Below, piece by piece: positions 18,151 through 27,284 of a stretch of 64,000 nt of DNA. Every line of letters starts with the position of its first letter. The first letter of the stretch is position 1. The notes beneath the pieces are model-generated. The model was not told where the DNA came from, made no database searches, and saw only the letters and a list, made by a program, of their open reading frames with translations. The DNA is from Bacteroidota bacterium (GTDB lineage Bacteria > Bacteroidota > Rhodothermia > JANXDC01): assembly GCA_025059945.1 (NCBI GenBank), contig JANXDC010000001.1, positions 1,677 through 65,676 on the forward strand, in the 5' to 3' direction. The position numbers and the translations under genes were made by a program.

Positions 18151-19474
18151 GTTCTTCCCTCATCGTTTGTGGGGCCTTTAGAGCTAGATCTTGCACCATC
18201 CAGCGGGCCACTTCTTCCACCTGAGCCACCATGGCGTTCCAGGACGGGGGGTTGGGGTAGACTTGAGCCGGGGTGGCCAGATACAGCAGACCAGGCAGAA
18301 GCACGCCAGAGGGTTTTGTTTCGGCGTAACCCAGTGTGTAGTTGGGTTCCACGAAGGAGGTGCGGAAAAGCCGCATTTCCTCAAGATCCGCTTCCCGCAG
18401 ATCAGGAAAGAGCGCCCTTAGATCCGCCCAGTAGCGTTCGCGCAGTTGCTCGTCTCCCAAGTGGAACCATTCATCGGAGGCAGGAAGGTAGTTCATGAGG
18501 TAGACCAGGTGACGACCGCCTAGCTCTTCGGGTCGGCGCACGTGGGTGGATTGCACGATGCCTTGAAAGCGCACGCCAGAACGCACCACGGGCATCCAGT
18601 AGTGGGGGATCAGGGAGCGCTTAAGGATTAAGACCGCGTTCACCACGCCCATGTGGGGGATTTCGGGCAGCTTGAGCAGGTTGGCCAACCTGGGCGAATT
18701 CTGTATGATCCGTCGGGCCACCGGATATGGCACAGCCAAGAGCGCCGCATCAAAGCGGTGCGTTTCCGTAGGGGTGTCCACGGAGAGGCTCCCATCCGGA
18801 TGCACCCACAGCCGTTGCACGGGCTGGTTGAACCGGATCTTAGCTCCTATTCGGTGAAGGTGCACAAGCAGGTGCCGCGTGATGACCTCGTAGCTCCCTC
18901 GGATGTAGCCTTTGACCTCCCGGCCAGAGGCCTTCTCGCGCCGAAAGCGGTGCACGTACCAGGCAGCCGGCACTTGCGGGGCGTACTCGGCCCCAAACTT
19001 GGCCTCAAGAAGCGGACGATACAGCAAAGCCGTCGCGCGCTTTCCGAAGAGGCGCTCCAACCAGCTCAGCGCCGGCACCGTCTCCAGGGCCTGCGTGCAA
19101 GTCCCAAGGCGCATGTACAGAGCGCCCAGGCCAACGCGGATCCGATCGATAACTCGGAGCGGGCCAAACCGAAGCAGGTCCCGGGGCGTGTTCAGCGGAT
19201 ACATGCGGCGCTCGACCATAAAGCCCATTGAGACCTCCGACCAGTACACCCGATCGGCTAGTCCGAGTTCTTCGAGCAATCCCAAGAGCGCCGCATCGCT
19301 GGGGATCATGCAGTGGTAGAAACGCTCTACGGGCACACCCCGGAAGGTGAAGTGGGCGCCCAGCCCGCCCGCGGCCGGGGCGCGTTCGAAGACCGTAACT
19401 TCATGTCCGTGCTGCAGCAGACGGTATGCGCCCGTAAGCCCGGAGATGCCGGCTCCGATTACAGCTACCCGCAT
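18128..19474 (-). CDS. FAD-dependent oxidoreductase (amine oxidase/protoporphyrinogen oxidase-like fold)
   Basis: VIGAGISGL Rossmann motif, FER...GGL, ERFYHC. Confidence 0.85.
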   Translation of the reverse strand: MRVAVIGAGISGLTGAYRLLQHGHEVTVFERAPAAGGLGAHFTFRGVPVERFYHCMIPSDAALLGLLEELGLADRVYWSEVSMGFMVERRMYPLNTPRDLLRFGPLRVIDRIRVGLGALYMRLGTCTQALETVPALSWLERLFGKRATALLYRPLLEAKFGAEYAPQVPAAWYVHRFRREKASGREVKGYIRGSYEVITRHLLVHLHRIGAKIRFNQPVQRLWVHPDGSLSVDTPTETHRFDAALLAVPYPVARRIIQNSPRLANLLKLPEIPHMGVVNAVLILKRSLIPHYWMPVVRSGVRFQGIVQSTHVRRPEELGGRHLVYLMNYLPASDEWFHLGDEQLRERYWADLRALFPDLREADLEEMRLFRTSFVEPNYTLGYAETKPSGVLLPGLLYLATPAQVYPNPPSWNAMVAQVEEVARWMVQDLALKAPQTMREEHEAVRRA

Positions 19475-20256
19475 AGTGCCATCCTCTCAATTTCAGTCCA
19501 GAACAGGGGAAACCCGCCGATTGTCCGCCCCGCCCAGTTCAGGGGCCAACGGGCGCTCTGCCAAAGCAGGCGGCCGTATTCTCGGATCGCGCGCAGCAGC
19601 CGCATCTTGCTCGAACCCGGCTTGCGGTCGTAACGCAGTTCCAGAGGCACCTCCACTACGCGCGGCTCTAAGGGACGCAGCTTGAGCAATAGCTCCGTGG
19701 CGCAGGCAAACCCCGCCGATTCCATGAGCCGATCGCCCCACAGCCGGTAGGCCCCGTGGATCAGCCGAGCCCGATAGGCGCGAAATCCGCACGTGTAGTC
19801 CCGAACGCCCGGTATAGGGGCGAAGACGGAGAAAAGCCACCGGGCGGCATAGCTTAAGGCCCGTCGACACCAGGGCACGCCGGTGCTGCGGGAGCCGGAG
19901 CGGTACCGGGAGGCGATGACGAGCTCCGCCCCCTCTTGCAGGGCCTTGCGCATGGTCTTGAGCGCAGCCGGATCGTGCGTGTCGTCGGCGTCCATGGTCA
20001 GGATCACGTCCTCCGGCTCGGTGACGCGGGCCAGGTACCCGAAGCCGGTCCGCAACGCTTCCCCTAGCCCTCGGTTCTCCGGATGCTCCAACACCACCAC
20101 GCCTGCAAAGGAGCGGGCCACCTCGCCGGTGCGGTCCGTGGAGCCGTCGTTGACCACGACGATCCGAAGATCGGGATCCGCCTCCAGCAAACGGGGGATG
20201 AGCCGCCTGAGCGCGGCCTCCTCGTTGTAAGCGGGTAGCAGCACGAACGTCGCCAT
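19465..20256 (-). CDS. GT2 glycosyltransferase, polyprenol-phosphate glycosyltransferase (DPM1/ArnC)-like
   Basis: LPAYNEE, NDGSTD, MDADDTH, ASRY, DYTCGFRAY; start taken at MATFV. Confidence 0.88.
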   Translation of the reverse strand: MATFVLLPAYNEEAALRRLIPRLLEADPDLRIVVVNDGSTDRTGEVARSFAGVVVLEHPENRGLGEALRTGFGYLARVTEPEDVILTMDADDTHDPAALKTMRKALQEGAELVIASRYRSGSRSTGVPWCRRALSYAARWLFSVFAPIPGVRDYTCGFRAYRARLIHGAYRLWGDRLMESAGFACATELLLKLRPLEPRVVEVPLELRYDRKPGSSKMRLLRAIREYGRLLWQSARWPLNWAGRTIGGFPLFWTEIERMALCG

Positions 20257-20295
20257 CGTCAAAACACCTCGGGTTGGATTCGGGGGATTTGGCCG

Positions 20296-20310
20296 ACAAA
20301 CCCGGTGCCA
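20296..20310 (-). promoter_or_regulatory. Candidate sigma54 (-24/-12) promoter of the glycosylation operon
   Basis: Minus strand TGGCAC-CGGGT-TTGT, about 40 nt upstream of the GT2 ATG. Confidence 0.45.
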
Positions 20311-20462
20311 ATGCGCCGGTGGCCTCAAAAACGCGGCTGCAAAGGCCGTGACCTGGGCTTGGTTCTCAGATTGAAACTCGCTTCTGAGACGCTTCAGGAG
20401 GCGGTTTGCTAGCCCGGAGGCGACGGTGCTATTTTACAGGGTCACACGACCAGCGTTCTGCC

Positions 20463-21935
20463 ATGTATCCGCATCCGGATTACGAGGCGATCATCGGCCT
20501 AGAGGTGCATGCGCAGCTGCTGACCGAAAGCAAGCTCTTCTGCGCCTGTTCAACCGCATTTGGGGAGGCGCCCAACGCGAACGTCTGCCCGATCTGCTTG
20601 GGGCATCCGGGTGTGCTGCCGGTGCTCAATGAGCGTGCTGTCGAATTCGCCCTGCGTATGGGGCTTGCCACCCATTGTCGGATCGCCGCCCGCTCCTGGT
20701 TTGCCCGAAAAAACTACTTCTACCCCGATCTTCCGAAGGGCTATCAGATCTCCCAGTACGAGACCCCGCTGTGCTCAGACGGCTACGTGGAGATCGAGTG
20801 GGAAAACGGACAGCGCAAGCGGGTCGGCATCCTTCGTATCCATTTGGAGGAGGACGCGGGCAAGAGCCTGCACGATCAGGATCCGTATCATACACTTGTG
20901 GACCTAAACCGTTGCGGGGTGCCGCTTATCGAGATCGTAAGCGCGCCGGATCTGCGCTCCCCTCAGGAGGCCGTCGCCTACCTGGTTGCGCTTCGCCAGC
21001 TGGTGCGCTACCTCGGCATCTGTGACGGCAACATGGAGGAGGGCAGCTTGCGCTGCGACGCCAACGTTTCGGTCCGCCGTCGGGGCTCAGAGCGGCTCGG
21101 CACCAAGACCGAGATCAAAAACATGAACTCGTTTCGCTTCGTCGAGCGGGCCTTAGCCTACGAGATTGAGCGGCAAATTGGGCTCTTGGAGCGCGGCCTG
21201 CCCGTGGTGCAGCAGACGCTTCTGTGGGATCCGGTTCGGATGGAAACCCGCCCCATGCGGACCAAGGAGCAGGCCCACGATTACCGGTATTTTCCCGAGC
21301 CCGATCTGGTGCCGATTTGCGTAACGGAGGCGCTCTTAGAGCGCGTCCGCCAGGCGCTGCCCGAGATGCCAGAGGCCCGCCGGCAGCGCTTCATCGAGCA
21401 GTACGGACTGCCGGAATACGACGCCCGGATCCTAACCGAGACCCGCGAGTTGGCCGATTACTACGAGGCCGTTGTAGCCCACACGCAGCACTACAAGGCC
21501 GCCAGCAACTGGGTTATGACCCAGGTGCTGCGCGTGCTCAATGAGCGCTCCATCTCCGTTCGGGACTTTCCCGTTCCGCCCGCCCACTTGGCCGCCTTGA
21601 TCCGGCTGCGGGATCAGGATCTTATTTCCAGCTCCGCTGCCCAACGCATCTTCGAAGTGATGTGCGACGATCCCCGAGATCCAGAAACCCTAGCCCGCGA
21701 GCTGAATCTGTTGCAGGTCTCCGACGATGCGGCCATTGAACCCCTAGTGGAGGCGGTCTTGGCCGAGCATCCGGCCGAGGTGGAAGCTTACCTGCGGGGT
21801 AAGGTGGGGTTGTTGGGCTTTTTCGTCGGACAGGTCATGCGGGCCAGTCAGGGCAAGGCCAATCCCCAACGCACCCGGGAGCTTGTGCTCCAGAAGCTTC
21901 GGTTGCGCGCGGAGGCCAACGGGGCGAACGCATGA
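20463..21935 (+). CDS. gatB: Asp-tRNA(Asn)/Glu-tRNA(Gln) amidotransferase subunit B
   Basis: IGLEVHAQL, RKNYFYPDLPKGYQISQ, HLEEDAGK, DLNRCGVPLIEIV, RCDANVS, DYRYFPEPDL. Confidence 0.98.
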   Translation: MYPHPDYEAIIGLEVHAQLLTESKLFCACSTAFGEAPNANVCPICLGHPGVLPVLNERAVEFALRMGLATHCRIAARSWFARKNYFYPDLPKGYQISQYETPLCSDGYVEIEWENGQRKRVGILRIHLEEDAGKSLHDQDPYHTLVDLNRCGVPLIEIVSAPDLRSPQEAVAYLVALRQLVRYLGICDGNMEEGSLRCDANVSVRRRGSERLGTKTEIKNMNSFRFVERALAYEIERQIGLLERGLPVVQQTLLWDPVRMETRPMRTKEQAHDYRYFPEPDLVPICVTEALLERVRQALPEMPEARRQRFIEQYGLPEYDARILTETRELADYYEAVVAHTQHYKAASNWVMTQVLRVLNERSISVRDFPVPPAHLAALIRLRDQDLISSSAAQRIFEVMCDDPRDPETLARELNLLQVSDDAAIEPLVEAVLAEHPAEVEAYLRGKVGLLGFFVGQVMRASQGKANPQRTRELVLQKLRLRAEANGANA

Positions 21936-23296
21936 GGGTCGGTCCTGCGCTGGGCGTGTTGCTGTGTTACACCCCGTTACTGTGGGCGCAGCCCGAAGGC
22001 GGCTCCTTCTGGGTGCCTTTCCGGGGGCAGATCACGATCGATACAACCGTAGATCAGACGCGCAACTACTGGGGCATCCAATTGTGGGTCGTGCGGCCGG
22101 ATTCGGCTCGCTGGGATACCTTGGCCTATGCGGTTACGGACTCAGCGGGTCGTTTCAGCGTGCTCATCCGGGCCCCCCAGAAGGGGCGCTATCCACTCTG
22201 GATTGGCCGATACAACCGGGTGCTCGTACAAGACGGCCTTGTGCTCGCCCCCGGGGACACGATTGAGCTGCGGGCTGTACTGCCCCAATATCAGAGCACG
22301 CGCCGCCTGCGATCGCGCGAAAACACGGCTTGGGTGGCTCTGGAAAACACGCGCCTGCAATACAACCAGCTTGTACTCGAGGCCCTGCGGGATAGCGCCG
22401 AAAAATCGGAGGCCCGCCTGCAGGGGACCGTGGAGTTGTACGCTGGCATCCTCTGGAGCATCCGCCAGCAATATCCGGGCACCATGGCTGCCCTAGCGGC
22501 CACGGCCGAGGCGCTTCGCATCCTGGCGGGATGGAACGACCACAGGTTGCGCCAATGGGCCGAGACGATCCCCCCCGAGGCTCCCGAATACGCATTTGCC
22601 TTGGAGGCCGCCTGGGGGGCGGAACTGCGCTTGCGCGGTCTAGAAGCGGCGCGTCGCTACCTGGAGGAACGTCTGGACCGCGTATCGGCCATCCGGGATC
22701 AGGCCAATTTGCACCTGCTGCTTGTGCGCGCCCTGGCCGATAGCCATCGCGTTGAGGAGGCACGCCGGCTTGTGCGTGCTTTCTACAATCGCTATCCCCA
22801 AGAGGAGGCCGCGCTCGAATGGCTTAAGCAGCTGGAATACGAGCTAGATCACCTGCAGCCAGGCCAGGCCGCCCCGCCCGTAGAAGGGGTTGACCGCGAG
22901 GGCCGCCCTGTGCGTTGGGATGAGCTCAGAGGCCGATATATAGTGCTGGAGTTCTGGCATACCCAAGCGCTGGGGTATCTGAACGACCTGCCCTGGATTG
23001 ATTCCCTGCTCCAACGTTATCCGGAGCGGCTGCGTTGGATCAGCGTGGGCCTGGACGCGGATTCGCTGGACTATGCGGCCGTCTTCGAGGGCCGCGCTCT
23101 GCGCTGGTCTCATCTCTATGAGGGGCAAGACGGCCGGGGTCCGTTAGCGCGGGCCTACAACGTGCGCGCCCCGATCACCCGATTTCTGATCGATCCCCAA
23201 GGACGCCTGCTGGCCCGCTTTGAGGGGGCGGGTCTGGAGGCGCTGCGCCGCCGTCTGGAGGCGCTGCTGGGTGGCGCTGTTCGTGCACCAAAATAG
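21932..23296 (+). CDS. Exported TlpA/thioredoxin-fold protein with degenerate active site
   Basis: Signal peptide; helical middle region; C-terminal GQAAPPVEG...LRGRYIVLEFWHTQALGY...YNVRAP..FLIDPQG; no CxxC. Confidence 0.75.
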   Translation: MRVGPALGVLLCYTPLLWAQPEGGSFWVPFRGQITIDTTVDQTRNYWGIQLWVVRPDSARWDTLAYAVTDSAGRFSVLIRAPQKGRYPLWIGRYNRVLVQDGLVLAPGDTIELRAVLPQYQSTRRLRSRENTAWVALENTRLQYNQLVLEALRDSAEKSEARLQGTVELYAGILWSIRQQYPGTMAALAATAEALRILAGWNDHRLRQWAETIPPEAPEYAFALEAAWGAELRLRGLEAARRYLEERLDRVSAIRDQANLHLLLVRALADSHRVEEARRLVRAFYNRYPQEEAALEWLKQLEYELDHLQPGQAAPPVEGVDREGRPVRWDELRGRYIVLEFWHTQALGYLNDLPWIDSLLQRYPERLRWISVGLDADSLDYAAVFEGRALRWSHLYEGQDGRGPLARAYNVRAPITRFLIDPQGRLLARFEGAGLEALRRRLEALLGGAVRAPK

Positions 23297-23306
23297 GAAA
23301 AGCGCA

Positions 23307-24629
23307 GTGCGCAGCTACTGGTTGCTTTTGCCGATCCTGATTGCGGCCTGCGGGCGGCCTCGTATCTCTCCCGTGATCGAAGGCCGTTTTGTGGGCGCCC
23401 TGCCCGGACAAGCCTTCGATGTGACGCTGGTGCGCTTTGACCCGGATCGCCAAGACCTGGATACCCTGGCCCAGACACGCACGGACACCACCCAGCACCA
23501 TTTCCGAATGGCGCTTAGAGGGCTCGCGCCAGACCGCTACGTGTTGCTGTTCTCTTACGGGCCGGCCTTGGTGGCCAACACCTGGGTGATCTTGAAGCGC
23601 GACGAAACGGTGCGGCTCGAAATCCGTGTGCCCGAGTTTACGGTGCGCGCCGTAGGCTCCCCCGAAAATGAGGCCTGGCAACAGCTCATGGGGCTGGTCG
23701 CGCTCGCCCAGCAAAGCCTATCCCAGAAGACCCAGACCGATACGACCGGCGGGATGGAGCTCAAACAAGAAGCCCTCGCGCAGCGCCGGGCTTTCCTCTC
23801 CTTCGCCCAGGAGCACGCGCGCCTGGAAGCCGCTCGGGATGCGCGCTTGTACGCCGTCATGGTGCTATACCCGGCTCTGCCGGATTCCTTCCTGGAGGTG
23901 GCCCGGCGAGAGCTCGACCCGAACCACCCCAGCTACGGGGCCGCGCTCGAAAACGTACGCCTGGTGCTAACGGAGCGAAAACCCCCTCGGGAGGCGCTCG
24001 CCTACTGGAAGTCCCTGCGCGAGCGCGTGGCCAAAGCGCGCTACACCGCCTCCAAGGCCGCCGTGGAATACCATCTGGCCTCTCTTTACGCCGGAGCGGG
24101 GCAGCTGGACTCGGCCAGAGGCGTGCTGCGCGGGCTTGTGGAGCGTTATCCCCAGACGCGTTGGGCTAAAACAGCTCAGGACATCCTCTATGAACTGGAT
24201 TTTCTGACCGAGGGCGCTCAGGCGCCGGATTTTACGGCCACCGATATCGAGGGCCGATCCGTGTCGCTGCGCCAATTTCGCGGTAAGGTGGTGCTCCTGG
24301 ACTTTTGGGCCACCTGGTGTCAGCCCTGTTTGGAGGAGCTTCCTAACGTCAAAGCCCTTTGGCGCCGGTATCGGGACAGGGGGTTTGTGATCATCGGCGT
24401 ATCTCTGGACGAGGACGTGCGGGCTTGGAAGCGCTTCGTACGAGAGCAGCAGCTGGACTGGGTTCATATCGGCGATGGCTCTGGCTGGCGGCATGCGCTT
24501 GTGCAGCAGTACCGCGTACAGGCGATCCCCGCTACGTTCTTGCTTGATCGGCAAGGCAAGATCATCGCGCGCAACCTGCGCGGGCCGGACCTGGAACGCG
24601 CCGTAGCCCAAGCTCTGGAGGGATCCTGA
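23307..24629 (+). CDS. TlpA family disulfide reductase lipoprotein
   Basis: GTG start; lipobox LIAAC; APDFT...GKVVLLDFWATWCQPC...IPATFLLDRQG. Confidence 0.9.
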   Translation: MRSYWLLLPILIAACGRPRISPVIEGRFVGALPGQAFDVTLVRFDPDRQDLDTLAQTRTDTTQHHFRMALRGLAPDRYVLLFSYGPALVANTWVILKRDETVRLEIRVPEFTVRAVGSPENEAWQQLMGLVALAQQSLSQKTQTDTTGGMELKQEALAQRRAFLSFAQEHARLEAARDARLYAVMVLYPALPDSFLEVARRELDPNHPSYGAALENVRLVLTERKPPREALAYWKSLRERVAKARYTASKAAVEYHLASLYAGAGQLDSARGVLRGLVERYPQTRWAKTAQDILYELDFLTEGAQAPDFTATDIEGRSVSLRQFRGKVVLLDFWATWCQPCLEELPNVKALWRRYRDRGFVIIGVSLDEDVRAWKRFVREQQLDWVHIGDGSGWRHALVQQYRVQAIPATFLLDRQGKIIARNLRGPDLERAVAQALEGS

Positions 24630-25408
24630 TGCGCACGCCTCTTGTGGCGGCAAACTGGAAGATGCACACCGTGCGCGAGGAGGCCCTCCGACTGGGCGCC
24701 GCCATCGTAGAGGGTCTGCGCGCGATCCCCAGCATAGTGGAGGTGGTGCTCTGTCCTCCGTTTGTGTTTCTGGAAGCGCTTCGCCCCGTCTTGGCGGGCT
24801 CCGCCGTGCAACTGGGGGCGCAGAACGTGCACCCAGAACCCCAAGGCGCCTTTACGGGTGAGGTCTCCGCGCCCATGCTGCGCAGCGTGGGCTGCGCATA
24901 TGTCATCGTGGGCCACTCGGAGCGGCGGCGCTACTTTAGGGAAACCGATTCGGAGATCGGCCGTAAGGTGCGCGCTGCTTTGCAGGCGGATCTGAGGCCC
25001 ATTTTGTGCGTGGGCGAGGAGCTTGCGGAGCGTCGCTCGGGTCGGGCGCAGGCGGTCGTAGAGGGCCAACTAGAAGGCGCGCTCGCGGCTCTATCCGATG
25101 AGGCCCTCGATAGGCTTGTGATCGCTTATGAGCCCGTCTGGGCTATCGGCACCGGGCAAAACGCCACCCCAGAGGAGGCCCAAGAAATGCACGCCCATAT
25201 ACGAGCCTGGGCGCGTGCCCGATGGGGGGATGTGGCGGCAAGCGGCCTGCGCATCCTGTATGGGGGCAGCCTGAGGCCCGAAAACGCTCTTGAACTGTTT
25301 CGGCAGCCGGATATCGACGGGGGGCTTGTGGGGGGGGCGAGCCTAGAAGCCGCCGCCTTTCTGCGCATCGTGCAGGCGGCCGTTACCGCCTCCGTTTCGG
25401 TCCATTAG
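24629..25408 (+). CDS. tpiA: Triose-phosphate isomerase
   Basis: ANWKM, GAFTGEVS, GHSERR, AYEPVWAIGTG, YGGS, LVGGASL. Confidence 0.98.
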   Translation: MRTPLVAANWKMHTVREEALRLGAAIVEGLRAIPSIVEVVLCPPFVFLEALRPVLAGSAVQLGAQNVHPEPQGAFTGEVSAPMLRSVGCAYVIVGHSERRRYFRETDSEIGRKVRAALQADLRPILCVGEELAERRSGRAQAVVEGQLEGALAALSDEALDRLVIAYEPVWAIGTGQNATPEEAQEMHAHIRAWARARWGDVAASGLRILYGGSLRPENALELFRQPDIDGGLVGGASLEAAAFLRIVQAAVTASVSVH

Positions 25409-25415
25409 AGGGGCT

Positions 25416-25634
25416 ATGCTGCCCGCCGAGCTGCTCGAGCTTTTGCGCTGTCCGGCCTGTGCGCGCCACACGGGAGGAAGACTATATTACCACCGCAATG
25501 CGTGGCTGATCTGCTGGGATTGTGCGCGCAAATACCCGGTGCGCGACGGGATCGCCATAATGCTCCTGGAGGAGGGTGAGCGCTGGCGTGCGCTGCTTCC
25601 TGAAGAGCTTCCCGTGCCGCCCCCTGAGTCCTAG
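25416..25634 (+). CDS. Trm112 family protein
   Basis: LLELLRCPAC...LICWDC..YPVRDGIAIMLLEE. Confidence 0.85.
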   Translation: MLPAELLELLRCPACARHTGGRLYYHRNAWLICWDCARKYPVRDGIAIMLLEEGERWRALLPEELPVPPPES

Positions 25635-25637
25635 AGC

Positions 25638-27176
25638 CTATCGAAAGTATCGGTCCCGATCTAGGCTGCGGTATTGGATGGCCTCGGCCAGGTGGACGGG
25701 CTGGATTCTTTCGTCTCCGTCCAAATCGGCGATCGTGCGGGCCACCTTGAGGATGCGATCATACGCTCGCGCCGAGAGCCCGAGCCGGGCGATGGCTTGT
25801 TTCATGAGCGCCTCGCCCTCGGCTGTAAGCGGGCAGAAGCGGCGTACCAAACGCGTGTCCATGTGCGCGTTGGCGTACACCCCCGCCGTGTCCCGAAAGC
25901 GCTCCAGTTGCCGGAGCCGCGCCGCCATGACGCGCTCTCGGATGGCCGCCGAGGACTCTCCATCGATCCGCGAGGCCAAATCGCTATAAGGCACCGGGCT
26001 CACCTCGATGTGAATGTCCAGTCGGTCCAGGAGCGGACCCGAAAGTTTGGCCAAGTAGCGTTGAACCTGGCTTGGGGTGCAGGTGCAGTCTTTATATGGA
26101 TTGCCCAGATGCCCGCATGGACAGGGGTTCATCGCCGCCACGAGCATGAAGTTTGCCGGATACGTAACGGCGGTTCGAGCTCGGCTTAAGGTGATCCTGC
26201 GCTCCTCTAAGGGCTGGCGGAGCAGCTCGAGCACGGAGCGGGGGAACTCCGGCAGCTCGTCTAGGAACAACACCCCGTTGTGCGCCAACGATATCTCCCC
26301 TGGCATGGGCGTAGAGCCTCCGCCGACAAGCCCGGCGTCCGAGATCGTATGGTGCGGGGCCCGAAAAGGCCGCACGCCGATCAGCGCTGTTCCGGCGGGC
26401 AGCTTGCCCGCAATCGAATGAATCTTGGTGGTCTCAAGGGCTTCCTCTAGCGTAAGCGGGGGTAAAATCGTGGGCAGACGTTGGGCCAATAGGGTTTTTC
26501 CCGAGCCCGGGGGGCCGACCATGAGCACGTTATGCCCCCCAGCGGCGGCGATCTCCAGCGCTCGCTTGACGGCGTGCTGCCCCCGCACGTCGGCGAAGTC
26601 GGGCCCTTCGTGCTGCGCCTCTTGAAAAAGCCTCTGTACGTCCACGTGCACAGGTTCCAGCAAGCGCTCTCCGCGTAGATGGGCCAGCACCTGCTGAAGG
26701 TGCCGGGCGGCCAGGACCGATACGCCCTCAACCACGGCCGCCTCGGCCGCGTTTTGGGCTGGAACGATGAGCCGTTGCCCAGACCCTTGACGCGCCAGAA
26801 CAGCTACCGGCAGCACCCCCCGAACGGGCCGCAGCTCGCCATCCAGAGAAAGCTCCCCCAGGAGCACGTGATCCGCTAAGACCTCCGGCGGCACAAGCCC
26901 GTCAGCCGCCAGAATGCCCACGGCAACCGGCAGATCAAAAGCCGAGCCCTCCTTGCGCAGATCCGCAGGGGCCAGGTTGATGACCACATGCCGCCTGGGA
27001 AAGCCAAAGCCGCTGTTTTTGATCGCCGCCCGCACCCGTTCTCGGCTTTCCTTTACTGCATTATCCGGAAGCCCCACGACAGTCATGCCGGGTTGCCCGG
27101 CCGCAAGGTGCACCTCTACCTGCACGGGCACGGCTTCAATGCCGTATACGGCCCCGCTGCGCACTCTGGCGTACAT
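25638..27176 (-). CDS. comM: YifB/ComM family Mg-chelatase-like AAA+ ATPase
   Basis: VGLPDNAVKESRERV, NLAPADLRKEG, GPPGSGKT, LAHNGVLFLDE, NPCPCG, SARAYDRILKVARTIADL. Confidence 0.93.
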   Translation of the reverse strand: MYARVRSGAVYGIEAVPVQVEVHLAAGQPGMTVVGLPDNAVKESRERVRAAIKNSGFGFPRRHVVINLAPADLRKEGSAFDLPVAVGILAADGLVPPEVLADHVLLGELSLDGELRPVRGVLPVAVLARQGSGQRLIVPAQNAAEAAVVEGVSVLAARHLQQVLAHLRGERLLEPVHVDVQRLFQEAQHEGPDFADVRGQHAVKRALEIAAAGGHNVLMVGPPGSGKTLLAQRLPTILPPLTLEEALETTKIHSIAGKLPAGTALIGVRPFRAPHHTISDAGLVGGGSTPMPGEISLAHNGVLFLDELPEFPRSVLELLRQPLEERRITLSRARTAVTYPANFMLVAAMNPCPCGHLGNPYKDCTCTPSQVQRYLAKLSGPLLDRLDIHIEVSPVPYSDLASRIDGESSAAIRERVMAARLRQLERFRDTAGVYANAHMDTRLVRRFCPLTAEGEALMKQAIARLGLSARAYDRILKVARTIADLDGDERIQPVHLAEAIQYRSLDRDRYFR

Positions 27177-27284
27177 GCTCTTGATCCTCCCTTTCAGGGG
27201 AAAAGGACCGGGGCGGGTGCCGCGGCGTTACGACCCTCCCTACCGTGACGTACCCCAGGCTCAGACCTTGATCAGAGGGGATTG

